A stretch of 64,000 nt of DNA from an archaeon (GTDB lineage: Archaea > Nanobdellota > Nanobdellia > Pacearchaeales > GW2011-AR1): contig JANLIK010000015.1 of NCBI GenBank assembly GCA_024653565.1, positions 21,289 to 85,288 on the forward strand, given 5' to 3'. The translations under genes were made by a program, and so were the position numbers. The notes under the pieces were generated by a model. That model was not told where the DNA came from. It was given only the letters and a program-made list of their open reading frames with translations, and searched no databases. Below, piece after piece: positions 1 to 9,526 of this stretch. Numbering within the stretch: position 1 is the stretch's first letter; each line of letters begins with the position of its first letter.

Positions 1-679
1 AGTCTATGCAATCAAAGAAGGTAGAACAATTTTTAATAATATCCAAAAATTTGTTACTTACCAACTTTCGTGTAATTATGCCGAACTTTTGGTAATATTC
101 TTAGGGATTCTTTTAGGATTACCCTTGCCTTTGCTTGCTCTACAAATCCTATTCATGAATTTAGTTACGGATAATCTTCCCGCAATTACTCTAGGATTTA
201 ATCCTTCTTCTCAAGATGTAATGAACAAAAAACCTCGAAAAAAGTCCCATATTTTAGATAGGCAACTCATTTTATTAATTTTAACTGGAGGAGCCACCAT
301 GGGGATTATTACTCTAGGGGTATTCTACCTTGTTCTGAATATTTTAAATCAAGGGCTCATTGTAGCAAGAACAACAGCCCTATTAACGCTCATCCTATTT
401 GAAATAGCACATGCCTTTAATTTTCGGTCATTTAGAAAGGGAGTTTTGAATCGCTCTCCCCTAGTAAATAAACCCCTTGTTTATGCTTCAATAATTTCCC
501 TATTTGCGACAGCCCTAATCATTTATACCCCCCTAAATAAGGCATTTGAGACCACTCCAATAGGACCAATGAACATCTTGGTAGCTTTTGTTGCTTCATT
601 AATCATAGTATTAATTTTTGATATTATGAAAGTGAAAAGAGGAGATTTAAGTATAAATAAGGAAACCAAAAAGTCTTAG
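1..679 (+). CDS. C-terminal transmembrane region of a P-type cation-transporting ATPase; the 5' end lies before the window
   Basis: The reading frame is open from position 1. The hydrophobic C-terminal helices and the motif string FNNIQKF..YQLSCN..LLALQILFMNLVTD are typical of P-type (Ca/cation) ATPase C-terminal domains. Confidence 0.7.
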   Translation, partial: VYAIKEGRTIFNNIQKFVTYQLSCNYAELLVIFLGILLGLPLPLLALQILFMNLVTDNLPAITLGFNPSSQDVMNKKPRKKSHILDRQLILLILTGGATMGIITLGVFYLVLNILNQGLIVARTTALLTLILFEIAHAFNFRSFRKGVLNRSPLVNKPLVYASIISLFATALIIYTPLNKAFETTPIGPMNILVAFVASLIIVLIFDIMKVKRGDLSINKETKKS

Positions 680-736
680 TTGCCGAGATTTTGTTACTTT
701 ACTAAACCTTAAAAACTCTAAATATATTCATCATAC

Positions 737-2260
737 ATGGAGGAAAAGTTTCTTATAGAATCTCTATCGCCCATAGAGCGGAACACCCTTCCACATCTAA
801 CTGGCGATTTTTCTAATCTAGATGAAATCTCCGAGAAGTCTGGACAAGACAAGACAACAGTCTTCCGTGCCACCGCTTTCTTAAAAAATAAAGGTCTTAT
901 TGAAGATAAAACTTCAGGGAAAAAACGAGTTGTTTTAGGTATTTTAGGCATTAATTACTTAAAAAAACAGCTTCCAGAACGGGCCCTTTTAGACAATTTA
1001 GTTGAAAAGAAAACAATACCTATTGGAGAAATCAAAAATGTTTGTGATTTGAATGAAAATGAGGCAAGAGTTGCGGTAGGAATTCTTAAGAAAAAAGCAA
1101 TAATCCAAATTGATGGTGGAAGAGTCAATCTAGTTGCTAAGCCCGGAGAAATCCGTAATAAAATGATTGAAGAGCTTTTTATTGAGAAACTTCCCTTAGA
1201 ATTAGATAAGTTAGAGGCACAAGATAAATTAGCCCTCCAAAATCTTTTATCTAGAAAAGACATTATTGAAGTTGAAGAACAAAAAACTATAGAAGTCAGA
1301 TTAACAAAATTAGGAGAAGAAATTGCTTCAAAGGACCTAAACATTAATTTAATAGAACAATTAACTCCAAAAATTTTAAAACAGAGTTCTTGGAAAGGTA
1401 AGAAATTCCGTAGATATGATTTAACCTCTCCTTCCCCTAGGATTTACGGGGGGAAAAGACATTTTGTAAACCAAGCAATAGACTATGGAAAGTCCGTCTG
1501 GCTTGAGATGGGATTCAAAGAAATGAGTGGAGACCTAACAACCACAGGATTTTGGAATTTTGATACACTCTTTACTGCACAAGATCATCCAGTTAGAGAA
1601 ATGCAAGATACTTTCTTTATCAAAAACCTAAAGGGAAAACTTCCATTAGATAAAAAATTAATTGAGCAAGTTAGGAAAGCACATGAAGGAGGAATTGATG
1701 GAAGTAAAGGTTGGAGTTATAAATGGGATGAAGAAGAATCAAAAAGAGTTTTACTAAGAACCCATACAACTTGTTTATCCACAAGAACCCTTAAGAAAAT
1801 AGCAGAAAATAAAGAATTCCCTGCAAAATATTTCGCAATGGGAACCAATTTTAGAAATGAAACGGTCGACTGGAGTCACGGATTCGAGCTTTTACAAACA
1901 GAGGGGATTGTAATAGATAAAAACGCAAACTTTAGACACCTTCTAGGTTATCTTAAACAATTCTGTAAAAAAATGGGTTATGATAAGGTAAGATTCCGAC
2001 CAGCACATTTTCCCTACACGGAGCCAAGTGTCGAAGGAGATGTTTGGGTAGAGGAAAGAAAGCAATGGGTTGAGTTAATTGCGGCAGGAATGTTCAGACC
2101 AGAAGTCGTCGTTCCATTACTTGGAGAAAACATTCCCGTCCTAGCCTGGGGCCCAGGATTTGGAAGAATGTTAATGAAGTTCTACGAAATCAACGACCTC
2201 AGAGAACTTTACAAGAATGATATAAATAAATTAAGAGAAATGAGGTTCTGGATGAAATGA
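737..2260 (+). CDS. pheS: Phenylalanyl-tRNA synthetase alpha subunit, archaeal type
   Basis: Class II aaRS core motifs (FRNE...GFELLQTEG, FRPAHFPYTEPS, WVELIAAGMFRPEV). The 507-aa length with an N-terminal winged-helix extension is typical of archaeal PheS. Confidence 0.9.
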   Translation: MEEKFLIESLSPIERNTLPHLTGDFSNLDEISEKSGQDKTTVFRATAFLKNKGLIEDKTSGKKRVVLGILGINYLKKQLPERALLDNLVEKKTIPIGEIKNVCDLNENEARVAVGILKKKAIIQIDGGRVNLVAKPGEIRNKMIEELFIEKLPLELDKLEAQDKLALQNLLSRKDIIEVEEQKTIEVRLTKLGEEIASKDLNINLIEQLTPKILKQSSWKGKKFRRYDLTSPSPRIYGGKRHFVNQAIDYGKSVWLEMGFKEMSGDLTTTGFWNFDTLFTAQDHPVREMQDTFFIKNLKGKLPLDKKLIEQVRKAHEGGIDGSKGWSYKWDEEESKRVLLRTHTTCLSTRTLKKIAENKEFPAKYFAMGTNFRNETVDWSHGFELLQTEGIVIDKNANFRHLLGYLKQFCKKMGYDKVRFRPAHFPYTEPSVEGDVWVEERKQWVELIAAGMFRPEVVVPLLGENIPVLAWGPGFGRMLMKFYEINDLRELYKNDINKLREMRFWMK

Positions 2261-2826
2261 AAAAATTAGTTTTAATTCATGGGTGGGGGGGAAGCCCAAA
2301 TAGTGAACCTTGGTTTGAAGTCTTGAAAGCAGAATGTGAAAAGAAAAATATAAAATTTATTGCACCACAGATGCCAGATACTGATAATCCTGTAATGGAT
2401 AAATGGGTTGCTAAATTAAAAGAATCATTAAAAGATTTAGACAATGAAACTATTTTTGTTGGCCATAGTATGGGTTGTCAAACAATAATTAGATATTTAT
2501 CTCAACTAGATAGAAAAACTATTATTGGGCCCACAATCTTTGTTGCCCCATGGACCAAATTGGACCAAAAATCTATAGAGGAAGAAGGTCCTGAAAGTGT
2601 TAATATTGTTAAATCTTGGGTTAGTGTTCCAATAAATTTTGATGAAGCAAAAAGACACCTAAATAAAGTTCTCGCAATATTTTCAACAAATGACCCCTAT
2701 GTTCCATTAAGCAATATGAAAATATTTGAGAAAATATTTGATGCAGATATTATTACAAAGAATAATGAAGAACATTTTAATAAAACTAAAGAAATAAAAG
2801 AAATAATGGAGTTTATTGAAAAATGA
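2257..2826 (+). CDS. Alpha/beta-hydrolase fold serine hydrolase (YdeN/RBBP9-like)
   Basis: LVLIHGWGGS oxyanion region and a GHSMGC nucleophile elbow. It overlaps pheS and pheT by 4 nt each (ATGA junctions). Confidence 0.6.
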   Translation: MKKLVLIHGWGGSPNSEPWFEVLKAECEKKNIKFIAPQMPDTDNPVMDKWVAKLKESLKDLDNETIFVGHSMGCQTIIRYLSQLDRKTIIGPTIFVAPWTKLDQKSIEEEGPESVNIVKSWVSVPINFDEAKRHLNKVLAIFSTNDPYVPLSNMKIFEKIFDADIITKNNEEHFNKTKEIKEIMEFIEK

Positions 2827-4481
2827 CAATCCTAACAGTAAACCGTAAGGAATTTGAAAAGAAAATTGGAAAGGTAACAAAAGAAATTGAAGAAAAAATT
2901 ACCAACATGGGAACACCCATAGAAGAGGTTACATCCACAGAAGTTTCTGTAGAAGTCTTTCCAAACCGACCCGATTTGCTAAGCCTACAGAATTTTGCTC
3001 TTGCAGTAAACCAATTCAATGGAAAGAGTGACTTGGCGAAGTTTAATATTCAAAAACCTGAAAAAGATTATCTTGTGAAGGTTGAAAAATCTGTAAAAAA
3101 CGTCAGACCACACACAGTTTGTGCAATTGTAAAGAATCTAAAGTTTGATAATGAAAAAATAAAGGAGATTATTGACCTACAAGAAAAACTTCATAATTCA
3201 ATTGGACGAAATAGAAAGAAAGTTGCAATAGGAATTTATCCTTTAGAAAAAATCAAACTCCCAATTACATTTTCTGCAAAAGAACCAGGAGATATAAATT
3301 TCCTTCCATTAGATTCTCCAGATAGGAAAGAAATGAATGGGAAACAAATTCTAAAAAATCATCCAACTGGAAAAGAATACGCACATCTTCTAGAGAATTC
3401 AGAAGTTTTTCCAATATTCACCGATGCTGATGGAAAGATTCTAAGCATGCCACCAATAATCAACTCGGAAGAGACTGGAAGAATAACCGAAAAAACCAAA
3501 GACATTTTTATTGAATGTTCGGGTCATAATTTGCACTATCTAAACAAATGCCTAAACATTATTATCCTTACACTTTCAGAAATGGGTGGAAAGATTTACT
3601 CTATGGACATCAAAGACCCATCAGGAAATCTAGTTACACCAGATATGACTTTTTCAGAAATGCCTTTCGAGATTAAAAACCTAGAAAAAACACTTGGAAT
3701 TGAATTAACCGAAAAACAAACCAGGAACTTTCTTGCCAAAATGGGTATAGGATATGATAATAGAAAGGGAAAAAGCATAGCCCTAATCCCTTCCTATAGG
3801 GCAGATGTATTGCATTGGATTGATTTAGCAGAGGATATTGCAATTGCATATGGTTATGAAAATTTTGAACCAGAAATTCCTGAGATATCAACTATTGGAG
3901 GAGAAGACCCTCATGGAAAAAATAAAAGAATAATCTCAGAAATCTTAGCCGGTCTTGGCTTATTAGAAACTTCTTCTTTTCATCTAGTTTTAAAGAAAGA
4001 TGTGAAAAAAATGCACTTTGATTATAAAGAGTTTATAGATATTGAGGACTCTAAAACAGATAGAGACACTCTTAGAATTGATTTATTAACAAATCTTCTA
4101 CAAATCTTCTCTGAAAACTCTAACGCGTCTTATCCTCAGAAGATTTTTGAAATGGGAAGAGTTTTCGCTCTGGACAGTTCAAAGGAAACTGAAACTGGGA
4201 TAAAAGAAACTGAAAGATTAGCAATTGCATTAGCTAATGAGGAGGTTAACTTCACCGAATTAAAACAAATATTAGATTATTTGTTTAAAATGCTTAACAA
4301 AGAATATTCAATTGAAGATGTTGAAGACAACAACTACATTAATGGTCGTTCTGGAAAAATTATCGTCGATAAAAAGACAATTGGACTAATTGGAGAAATT
4401 GCTCCAAGAGTTCTCAAAAACTGGAAGATTAAGATGCCTGTTGTTGCACTTGAAATTGATTTGGGATTTTTGAGTAACTAG
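2823..4481 (+). CDS. pheT: Phenylalanyl-tRNA synthetase beta subunit, archaeal type
   Basis: 552 aa, directly downstream of pheS. B3/4 and B5 domain-like regions with an archaeal beta-subunit architecture. Confidence 0.88.
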   Translation: MTILTVNRKEFEKKIGKVTKEIEEKITNMGTPIEEVTSTEVSVEVFPNRPDLLSLQNFALAVNQFNGKSDLAKFNIQKPEKDYLVKVEKSVKNVRPHTVCAIVKNLKFDNEKIKEIIDLQEKLHNSIGRNRKKVAIGIYPLEKIKLPITFSAKEPGDINFLPLDSPDRKEMNGKQILKNHPTGKEYAHLLENSEVFPIFTDADGKILSMPPIINSEETGRITEKTKDIFIECSGHNLHYLNKCLNIIILTLSEMGGKIYSMDIKDPSGNLVTPDMTFSEMPFEIKNLEKTLGIELTEKQTRNFLAKMGIGYDNRKGKSIALIPSYRADVLHWIDLAEDIAIAYGYENFEPEIPEISTIGGEDPHGKNKRIISEILAGLGLLETSSFHLVLKKDVKKMHFDYKEFIDIEDSKTDRDTLRIDLLTNLLQIFSENSNASYPQKIFEMGRVFALDSSKETETGIKETERLAIALANEEVNFTELKQILDYLFKMLNKEYSIEDVEDNNYINGRSGKIIVDKKTIGLIGEIAPRVLKNWKIKMPVVALEIDLGFLSN

Positions 4482-4489
4482 AATTAAAT

Positions 4490-4789
4490 TTAAGTGCTAT
4501 CACAAAAATCCCCTCCAGATTCTCCTACAATCTCCATTAAAAGACGAGCAATCGAGCGGTTTTTCCTAATCTCTTCCATTTCCCTAGGAGTTTTAGATTC
4601 TCTTGCCCTTTCAACTAAATATGCGGATGCCCCTCTCATAAACCCCTTATCAAAAGTGACAAGAATCCCAGTAATTTCTGGAACAGAGAGGCGAGGAATA
4701 ACTTCAGGGTGATCTCTTAAGATTCTATATGCCTCAGAGTAACAATCATCCCCAAGTTTTTCTCTGAATCTTTCAAGATAATTTAACAT
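4490..4789 (-). CDS. Hypothetical protein (99 aa)
   Basis: An ORF preceded by the conserved CACAATAATTCTTAAA promoter-like motif. It is preferred over the overlapping antisense ORF at 4494..4712. Confidence 0.45.
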   Translation of the reverse strand: MLNYLERFREKLGDDCYSEAYRILRDHPEVIPRLSVPEITGILVTFDKGFMRGASAYLVERARESKTPREMEEIRKNRSIARLLMEIVGESGGDFCDST

Positions 4790-4841
4790 AATAACAAAGA
4801 GTAGTGAAGGTATTTAAGAATTATTGTGATAATATAATAAA

Positions 4842-5381
4842 CTAACCAAAGTACCCTTTCTGTGTAGAATTTGAACTCTCATCAAAGTTGCCATTAAAGT
4901 TCTCAATTATTTTGAGAATCTTGTGTTTCATTTCTTGCCATTCTCCAAATGCCAGCTTAATAAATTCCGCTTCATTTTCTTCAGAATAAACAGTATCTAA
5001 TTTCATAATTCCTAACTCTAGTCTTGAAATATTTTTATAAATCTCTTTAATCTCCTTTCGGTCTTCCTCACTAATCTTTCTTAAAACAGAAAAAATAAAC
5101 ATTGGGGGGGCATTCGGACTAATCAATGTCTCAAATAAGTGCAAATATGCAGCAAGCTTTTCATTTATTCCACGCCTTATTTCTCTTAATAAAAAATTTG
5201 ATTCACTATCAAAAGTTTTCTCTATATCAAAATCTTCCGCCAACCCCTTAAATTCGGGCAAATCATATTGTTTTCTTAGTACCTCAAACTCCACCCTGTA
5301 GTCTCGTTCTGTTTTTTCCATTTTTTCGTTTCTCCTATTGAATAAAATGGAATCGAAGGTTCTACGAACCCACTTTTCCAT
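4842..5381 (-). CDS. Hypothetical protein (179 aa)
   Basis: An ORF with host-like AT-rich codon usage. No motif recognised. Confidence 0.5.
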   Translation of the reverse strand: MEKWVRRTFDSILFNRRNEKMEKTERDYRVEFEVLRKQYDLPEFKGLAEDFDIEKTFDSESNFLLREIRRGINEKLAAYLHLFETLISPNAPPMFIFSVLRKISEEDRKEIKEIYKNISRLELGIMKLDTVYSEENEAEFIKLAFGEWQEMKHKILKIIENFNGNFDESSNSTQKGYFG

Positions 5382-5440
5382 GAATAAGTCATTAGGAAAG
5401 CATTTATAAATTTAAGTAAAGGAAAAAGATAAGAAATAAT

Positions 5441-5513
<73 letters not shown>

Positions 5514-5637
5514 TCTTGCTTTAGGGATCAAATGTTTGATTCCGAACATCTTTGCTCTTGAGCTAGAATATAATTAATCAAGAGTGAAGTGTGAGCAGTC
5601 TGTGGCTTATGTTCAAACCCGGGACGTCACGGGCGAA

Positions 5638-5692
5638 CAATTTGCTTTTGCGAACTAATCTCAACTATCTTGAGCAAATGCAAATTGTGAGG
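5638..5692 (+). other. Conserved ~55-nt motif (caatttgcttttg...caaatgcaaattgtgagg), copy A, abutting a duplicated tRNA-Thr 3' fragment
   Basis: Near-identical motif recurs at 11751..11802, also abutting a tRNA fragment. Confidence 0.5.
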
Positions 5693-5711
5693 TGATCCCC
5701 GTCTGTGGCTT
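5693..5711 (+). repeat. 19-nt exact direct repeat of the tRNA-Thr 3' end (tgatccccgtctgtggctt). The original is at 5496..5514; a shorter 13-nt copy sits at 5598..5610
   Basis: Exact string match seen in the sequence. The repeat ends inside the ATG of the GNAT gene. Confidence 0.8.
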
Positions 5712-6050
5712 ATGGAAAGGAAAAGAGTATTGCTATCTGAAGTTCTTGCTAGAGGAATAAGATTATCAATTGATGAGGGTGGCAGAGAAGTTGCCAGAGC
5801 ATATATTTATGTAATGAAGAACGACCTTCACGACCGCCCCTTTGGGCTAATGGAAGATGTATTTGTTGAAGAGGATATGAGGGGCAAAGGGTACGGAACC
5901 CAAATTGTTGAGGAAGTGGTAAGGTTAGCTAGAGTAAATAATTGTTATAAATTAATTTGTACAAGTAAACACCCAAACACGAGGGCCCATGAACTTTATA
6001 AAAGGCTCGGATTTTCTGAACAAGGACTAGAATTTAGAATGAATTTCTAA
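5712..6050 (+). CDS. GNAT family N-acetyltransferase
   Basis: Acetyl-CoA binding motif RGKGYGTQIVEEVVRLAR in a ~110-aa GNAT fold. Confidence 0.8.
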   Translation: MERKRVLLSEVLARGIRLSIDEGGREVARAYIYVMKNDLHDRPFGLMEDVFVEEDMRGKGYGTQIVEEVVRLARVNNCYKLICTSKHPNTRAHELYKRLGFSEQGLEFRMNF

Positions 6051-6085
6051 TAAAACTATAAAAAGACTTCTCACTTTTAGATATC

Positions 6086-7855
6086 ATGTGTGGAATTGTA
6101 GGATATTGGTCTGAAACAGAAAATGCGTTTGATATACTCCTAAACTCATTAAAAAAGTTAGAATATAGAGGGTATGACAGCTTTGGCTTTGCCACCCTAA
6201 ACAACAGAGATTTAATGACTGAAAGGAAGGTTGGAAAAATTAGTGATACCCAATGTGAAAGACTCCCAGGGAATATGGGAATCGGCCATACTCGGTGGGC
6301 CACACATGGGAAAGTAAATGAAATCAACTCTCACCCCCATAAAGATTGTTCTGGAAAAATCGCTGTAGTCCATAACGGGATAATAGAAAACTTCAAAGAG
6401 CTAAGAGATTATTTAGAAAAAACAGGACATACTCTTAGGAGTGAAACAGATACAGAAATATTAGCACATCTTTTAGAAGAGGGTTTGAAAAAAGGAATGA
6501 GTCTTAAAGAATCTGTGATAAGAATTTCCAATTTAGTCAGGGGAAGAAATTCTTTTGTAGCCTTATCTTCAGATACCGGAGAAATGATTGCTTCCAGAAA
6601 TGGTTCTCCACTAATCCTAGGTATAACTAATGGAAAAGAAGTGTTCATTGCCTCAGACATTCCTGCCTTTCTAGACAAAACAAAAAAGGTAACCTATCTA
6701 GATGACGGGCAGATTTGTTGTATAGGAGAACATTTAGAATTTTATGATTTTAAAACAGGGAATCAAGTCCAAAAGAGAGTTATTGAGATTGATTGGAAGG
6801 CGGAAGAAGCAGAACTTGGAGACTATAAACATTTTATGTTAAAAGAAATAATGGAACAAAAAGAAACACTCATTAGTGCTATGAATCAAAATAAAGAACA
6901 TCTAATTGAAGTTGCTAAAAGAATAAATGGGGCTAAAGGGGTATTCTTTATTGGGTGTGGAACCGCAGCGAGGGTATGCCATATTGCAGAATATGTTTTT
7001 TCTAAGGTTGCAAATAAACACATAAATTATATTACAGCCTCCGAATTTGAAAACTATGAACATTTTCTCCTCCCAGAAACGCTAGTAATCGCCGTTTCTC
7101 AAAGTGGAGAGACTGCAGATGTTCTAGACGCACTTAATATTGCAAAAAGAAAGGGTTGCAAGATTATTTCAATTTTGAATAACCCTGGTTCATCAATGGA
7201 AAGAATTTCAGATTACACTTTCCCAATTAATGCGGGTCCAGAAAAGGCGGTCGCATCCACCAAAGCCACAACCTCTCAAATCGCCGTAGTAATTCTTCTG
7301 GCATACGCATGTATAGAAAATATAAAGGAAGCAGATAGAATCCTCTTAGACCTTTCAGGAAAGGTCAATGATATGCTAAACCCAAGATATGAGGCACATA
7401 TAGGATATGTGGCCAAACAGGTCTATAAAAATAAAGACATATTCATAATTGGAAGAGGGATAAACTATCCTCTAGCCATAGAATCCGCAATAAAATTAAT
7501 GGAGGTTTCCTATATTCATGCCCAAGGTTTTGCGGGGGGAGAATTAAAACACGGACCCATTGCCCTAATCGAAAAAGGAACACCTGTTATTGCTTTAATT
7601 GCTGAAGACAAAACTAAAGAAGAAATTTTAAGCAACGCTATGGAAGTAAAATCACGTGGGGCTATAATAATTGGAGTTAGTCCAGAAAAAAACGAAATCT
7701 TTGATTATTGGATAAAAACTCCTAAGGTCGATGAAGTGGCCTCCGTAATCGCAAACCTGATTCCAATACAACTTTTGTCTTATAATATAGGCATTCTTAG
7801 AGGATACAATGTGGATTATCCTAGAAATTTAGCTAAAAGTGTTACTGTAAGATAG
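6086..7855 (+). CDS. glmS: Glutamine--fructose-6-phosphate aminotransferase (glucosamine-6-phosphate synthase)
   Basis: N-terminal MCGIVGY nucleophile of the Ntn amidotransferase domain, followed by two SIS domains. 589 aa. Confidence 0.9.
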   Translation: MCGIVGYWSETENAFDILLNSLKKLEYRGYDSFGFATLNNRDLMTERKVGKISDTQCERLPGNMGIGHTRWATHGKVNEINSHPHKDCSGKIAVVHNGIIENFKELRDYLEKTGHTLRSETDTEILAHLLEEGLKKGMSLKESVIRISNLVRGRNSFVALSSDTGEMIASRNGSPLILGITNGKEVFIASDIPAFLDKTKKVTYLDDGQICCIGEHLEFYDFKTGNQVQKRVIEIDWKAEEAELGDYKHFMLKEIMEQKETLISAMNQNKEHLIEVAKRINGAKGVFFIGCGTAARVCHIAEYVFSKVANKHINYITASEFENYEHFLLPETLVIAVSQSGETADVLDALNIAKRKGCKIISILNNPGSSMERISDYTFPINAGPEKAVASTKATTSQIAVVILLAYACIENIKEADRILLDLSGKVNDMLNPRYEAHIGYVAKQVYKNKDIFIIGRGINYPLAIESAIKLMEVSYIHAQGFAGGELKHGPIALIEKGTPVIALIAEDKTKEEILSNAMEVKSRGAIIIGVSPEKNEIFDYWIKTPKVDEVASVIANLIPIQLLSYNIGILRGYNVDYPRNLAKSVTVR

Positions 7856-7856
7856 A

Positions 7857-8168
7857 CTAACCATCTGTCCTATTGATCTTAACAGCCCTTACAACCGCTC
7901 CAGTTGTATCAACTCCAACATCCCAGAGATTACCCACAGCCCTACCAATCCAACCAAAATAAAGGTAAACTCCTTTTACAACACCCCCTGGTGAAGATAG
8001 GTCTACTGTTTCAGAAGTAAATACACTAACTATAGAAAAATACAAAAAAAATCCCAATAAAATTATTAATACAATCTTTACCTTCCTAAACTGATGTTCT
8101 GTTTTAAGAAAAAATAACCCAGCTATAATAAAAGCAATTAGCACAATGACTGGGAGAGCAAATGACAT
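7857..8168 (-). CDS. Small membrane protein (103 aa)
   Basis: An ORF with two predicted TM helices. No motif recognised. Confidence 0.4.
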   Translation of the reverse strand: MSFALPVIVLIAFIIAGLFFLKTEHQFRKVKIVLIILLGFFLYFSIVSVFTSETVDLSSPGGVVKGVYLYFGWIGRAVGNLWDVGVDTTGAVVRAVKINRTDG

Positions 8169-8183
8169 GGTATAATAAGACTT

Positions 8184-8894
8184 TTGTCTTATAAAAATGT
8201 TTTTATACCTCTAGAGTGTAGTAAGTCTATGAAGAAAAAGAGGTTGAAAATCTATTTATTTAGACATGGAGAGACAACATATAATCGTGATGGACGGTTT
8301 ACAGGGCATTTAGATGCCAAACTAACTGCTAAGGGAAAAAGACAGGCACTAGGGTTTGCTAAGACACTAAAAAGAAAGAAGTTTCAGGTTGCAATAAGAA
8401 CAAGTCTATCACGTTCTAAAGATACACTAGCCCCAGTTTTAAAGGACCACCCGGAATGTGTCTTAGTTATTGAAGATAATAGAATGATTGAAAGAAGTTA
8501 TGGAGACTTAGAAGGAATTACACATGATCAATTCAAAAAAAGGATTGGAAAACAAGAATATGACTTGGAAGTAGAGGGGGATGCAATCGAGAATCTTGAG
8601 CCAAAATTAAGAAAAAAAGTTGAAGAATTTTTAGGAAATGAAGAGTATAAAGCAATCCATAGGGGATTTGATGTAGCACCTCCAAACGGAGAATCCTTTA
8701 AAGATGTTGAAAAGAGAGTAAGAAAATTTATCAAAGACTTAAAGAAATTTATGAAAAAGAACAAAGTTAGTGTAGTTATTTCCGCACACGGAAATTCAAT
8801 AAGGCTCTTTAGAAAGGTGGCCGAGGGAGCTTCTGTTGAAGAAACTGTCAAGTGGTTTATACCATATGATAAGATTTTCACATACGAGGTATAA
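8184..8894 (+). CDS. Histidine phosphatase family protein (phosphoglycerate mutase-like). The start may instead be the ATG at 8229
   Basis: RHGETTYN catalytic motif (RHG) near the N-terminus and a conserved His later (SAHGNSIR). Confidence 0.7.
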   Translation: MSYKNVFIPLECSKSMKKKRLKIYLFRHGETTYNRDGRFTGHLDAKLTAKGKRQALGFAKTLKRKKFQVAIRTSLSRSKDTLAPVLKDHPECVLVIEDNRMIERSYGDLEGITHDQFKKRIGKQEYDLEVEGDAIENLEPKLRKKVEEFLGNEEYKAIHRGFDVAPPNGESFKDVEKRVRKFIKDLKKFMKKNKVSVVISAHGNSIRLFRKVAEGASVEETVKWFIPYDKIFTYEV

Positions 8895-8895
8895 C

Positions 8896-9465
8896 ATGAA
8901 AATCTCCGACGATGTTTACAAGATTTCAGGTGAAGGAAACGTATACTTAATTTTAAAACCAGAACCTATAGTAATTGATTCAGGGTGTATGTCTCAAAAA
9001 AATAGTATTCGTATACAAATTGAGAGTATCGTCCCCCTAGACCAAATAAAAAAAGTTCTATTAACACACTTACATTATGATCACTCTGGAAATGTTGATT
9101 TATTCCCAAATGCAGAGTTTTATGCAGATGAAGAAGAAATTGAGGACTTTAAAATAAATCATTTTAATTTTTTCTTCAGTCGTGTTCCAACCGAGGTCTA
9201 TGATGTTTTAATGAATAAATTAGTTCCTTTTCAAGGTAGAATAAATGAGCTAGAAGTAATACAAACACCTGGACACACTAGGGGTTGCGTCTCATTTGTA
9301 GACCACAAAAACAAACTTTTATTCACAGGAGACACTCTTTTCAACAATGGCGTTGGGAGAACAGATTTAGAAAACTCTGTCCCAAAGAAGATGACAAAAA
9401 GTTTAAACAAATTAAGAGCTTTAATCAAAAAGGGATACAAACTTCTTCCCGGGCATGATTATTAA
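8896..9465 (+). CDS. MBL-fold metallo-hydrolase
   Basis: HLHYDHSGN (HxHxDH) zinc-binding motif, a PGHTRG motif and GDTLF. The start was moved to the ATG at 8896 to avoid overlap with the upstream gene. Confidence 0.75.
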   Translation: MKISDDVYKISGEGNVYLILKPEPIVIDSGCMSQKNSIRIQIESIVPLDQIKKVLLTHLHYDHSGNVDLFPNAEFYADEEEIEDFKINHFNFFFSRVPTEVYDVLMNKLVPFQGRINELEVIQTPGHTRGCVSFVDHKNKLLFTGDTLFNNGVGRTDLENSVPKKMTKSLNKLRALIKKGYKLLPGHDY

Positions 9466-9526
9466 TCCGAAAGGTATAAATTACCTAAAAAGAACCATAT
9501 TAACCTAGGCCAGGAAAATTCTAAAA

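Noticed and set aside
718-1344. Antisense ORFs 718..951 and 955..1344 within pheS
   Set aside because: Shadow ORFs inside a confidently identified aaRS gene.
4494-4712. 72-aa + strand ORF overlapping 4490..4789 -
   Set aside because: The minus-strand ORF has the conserved upstream promoter motif and a more protein-like composition. The + ORF is a probable shadow.
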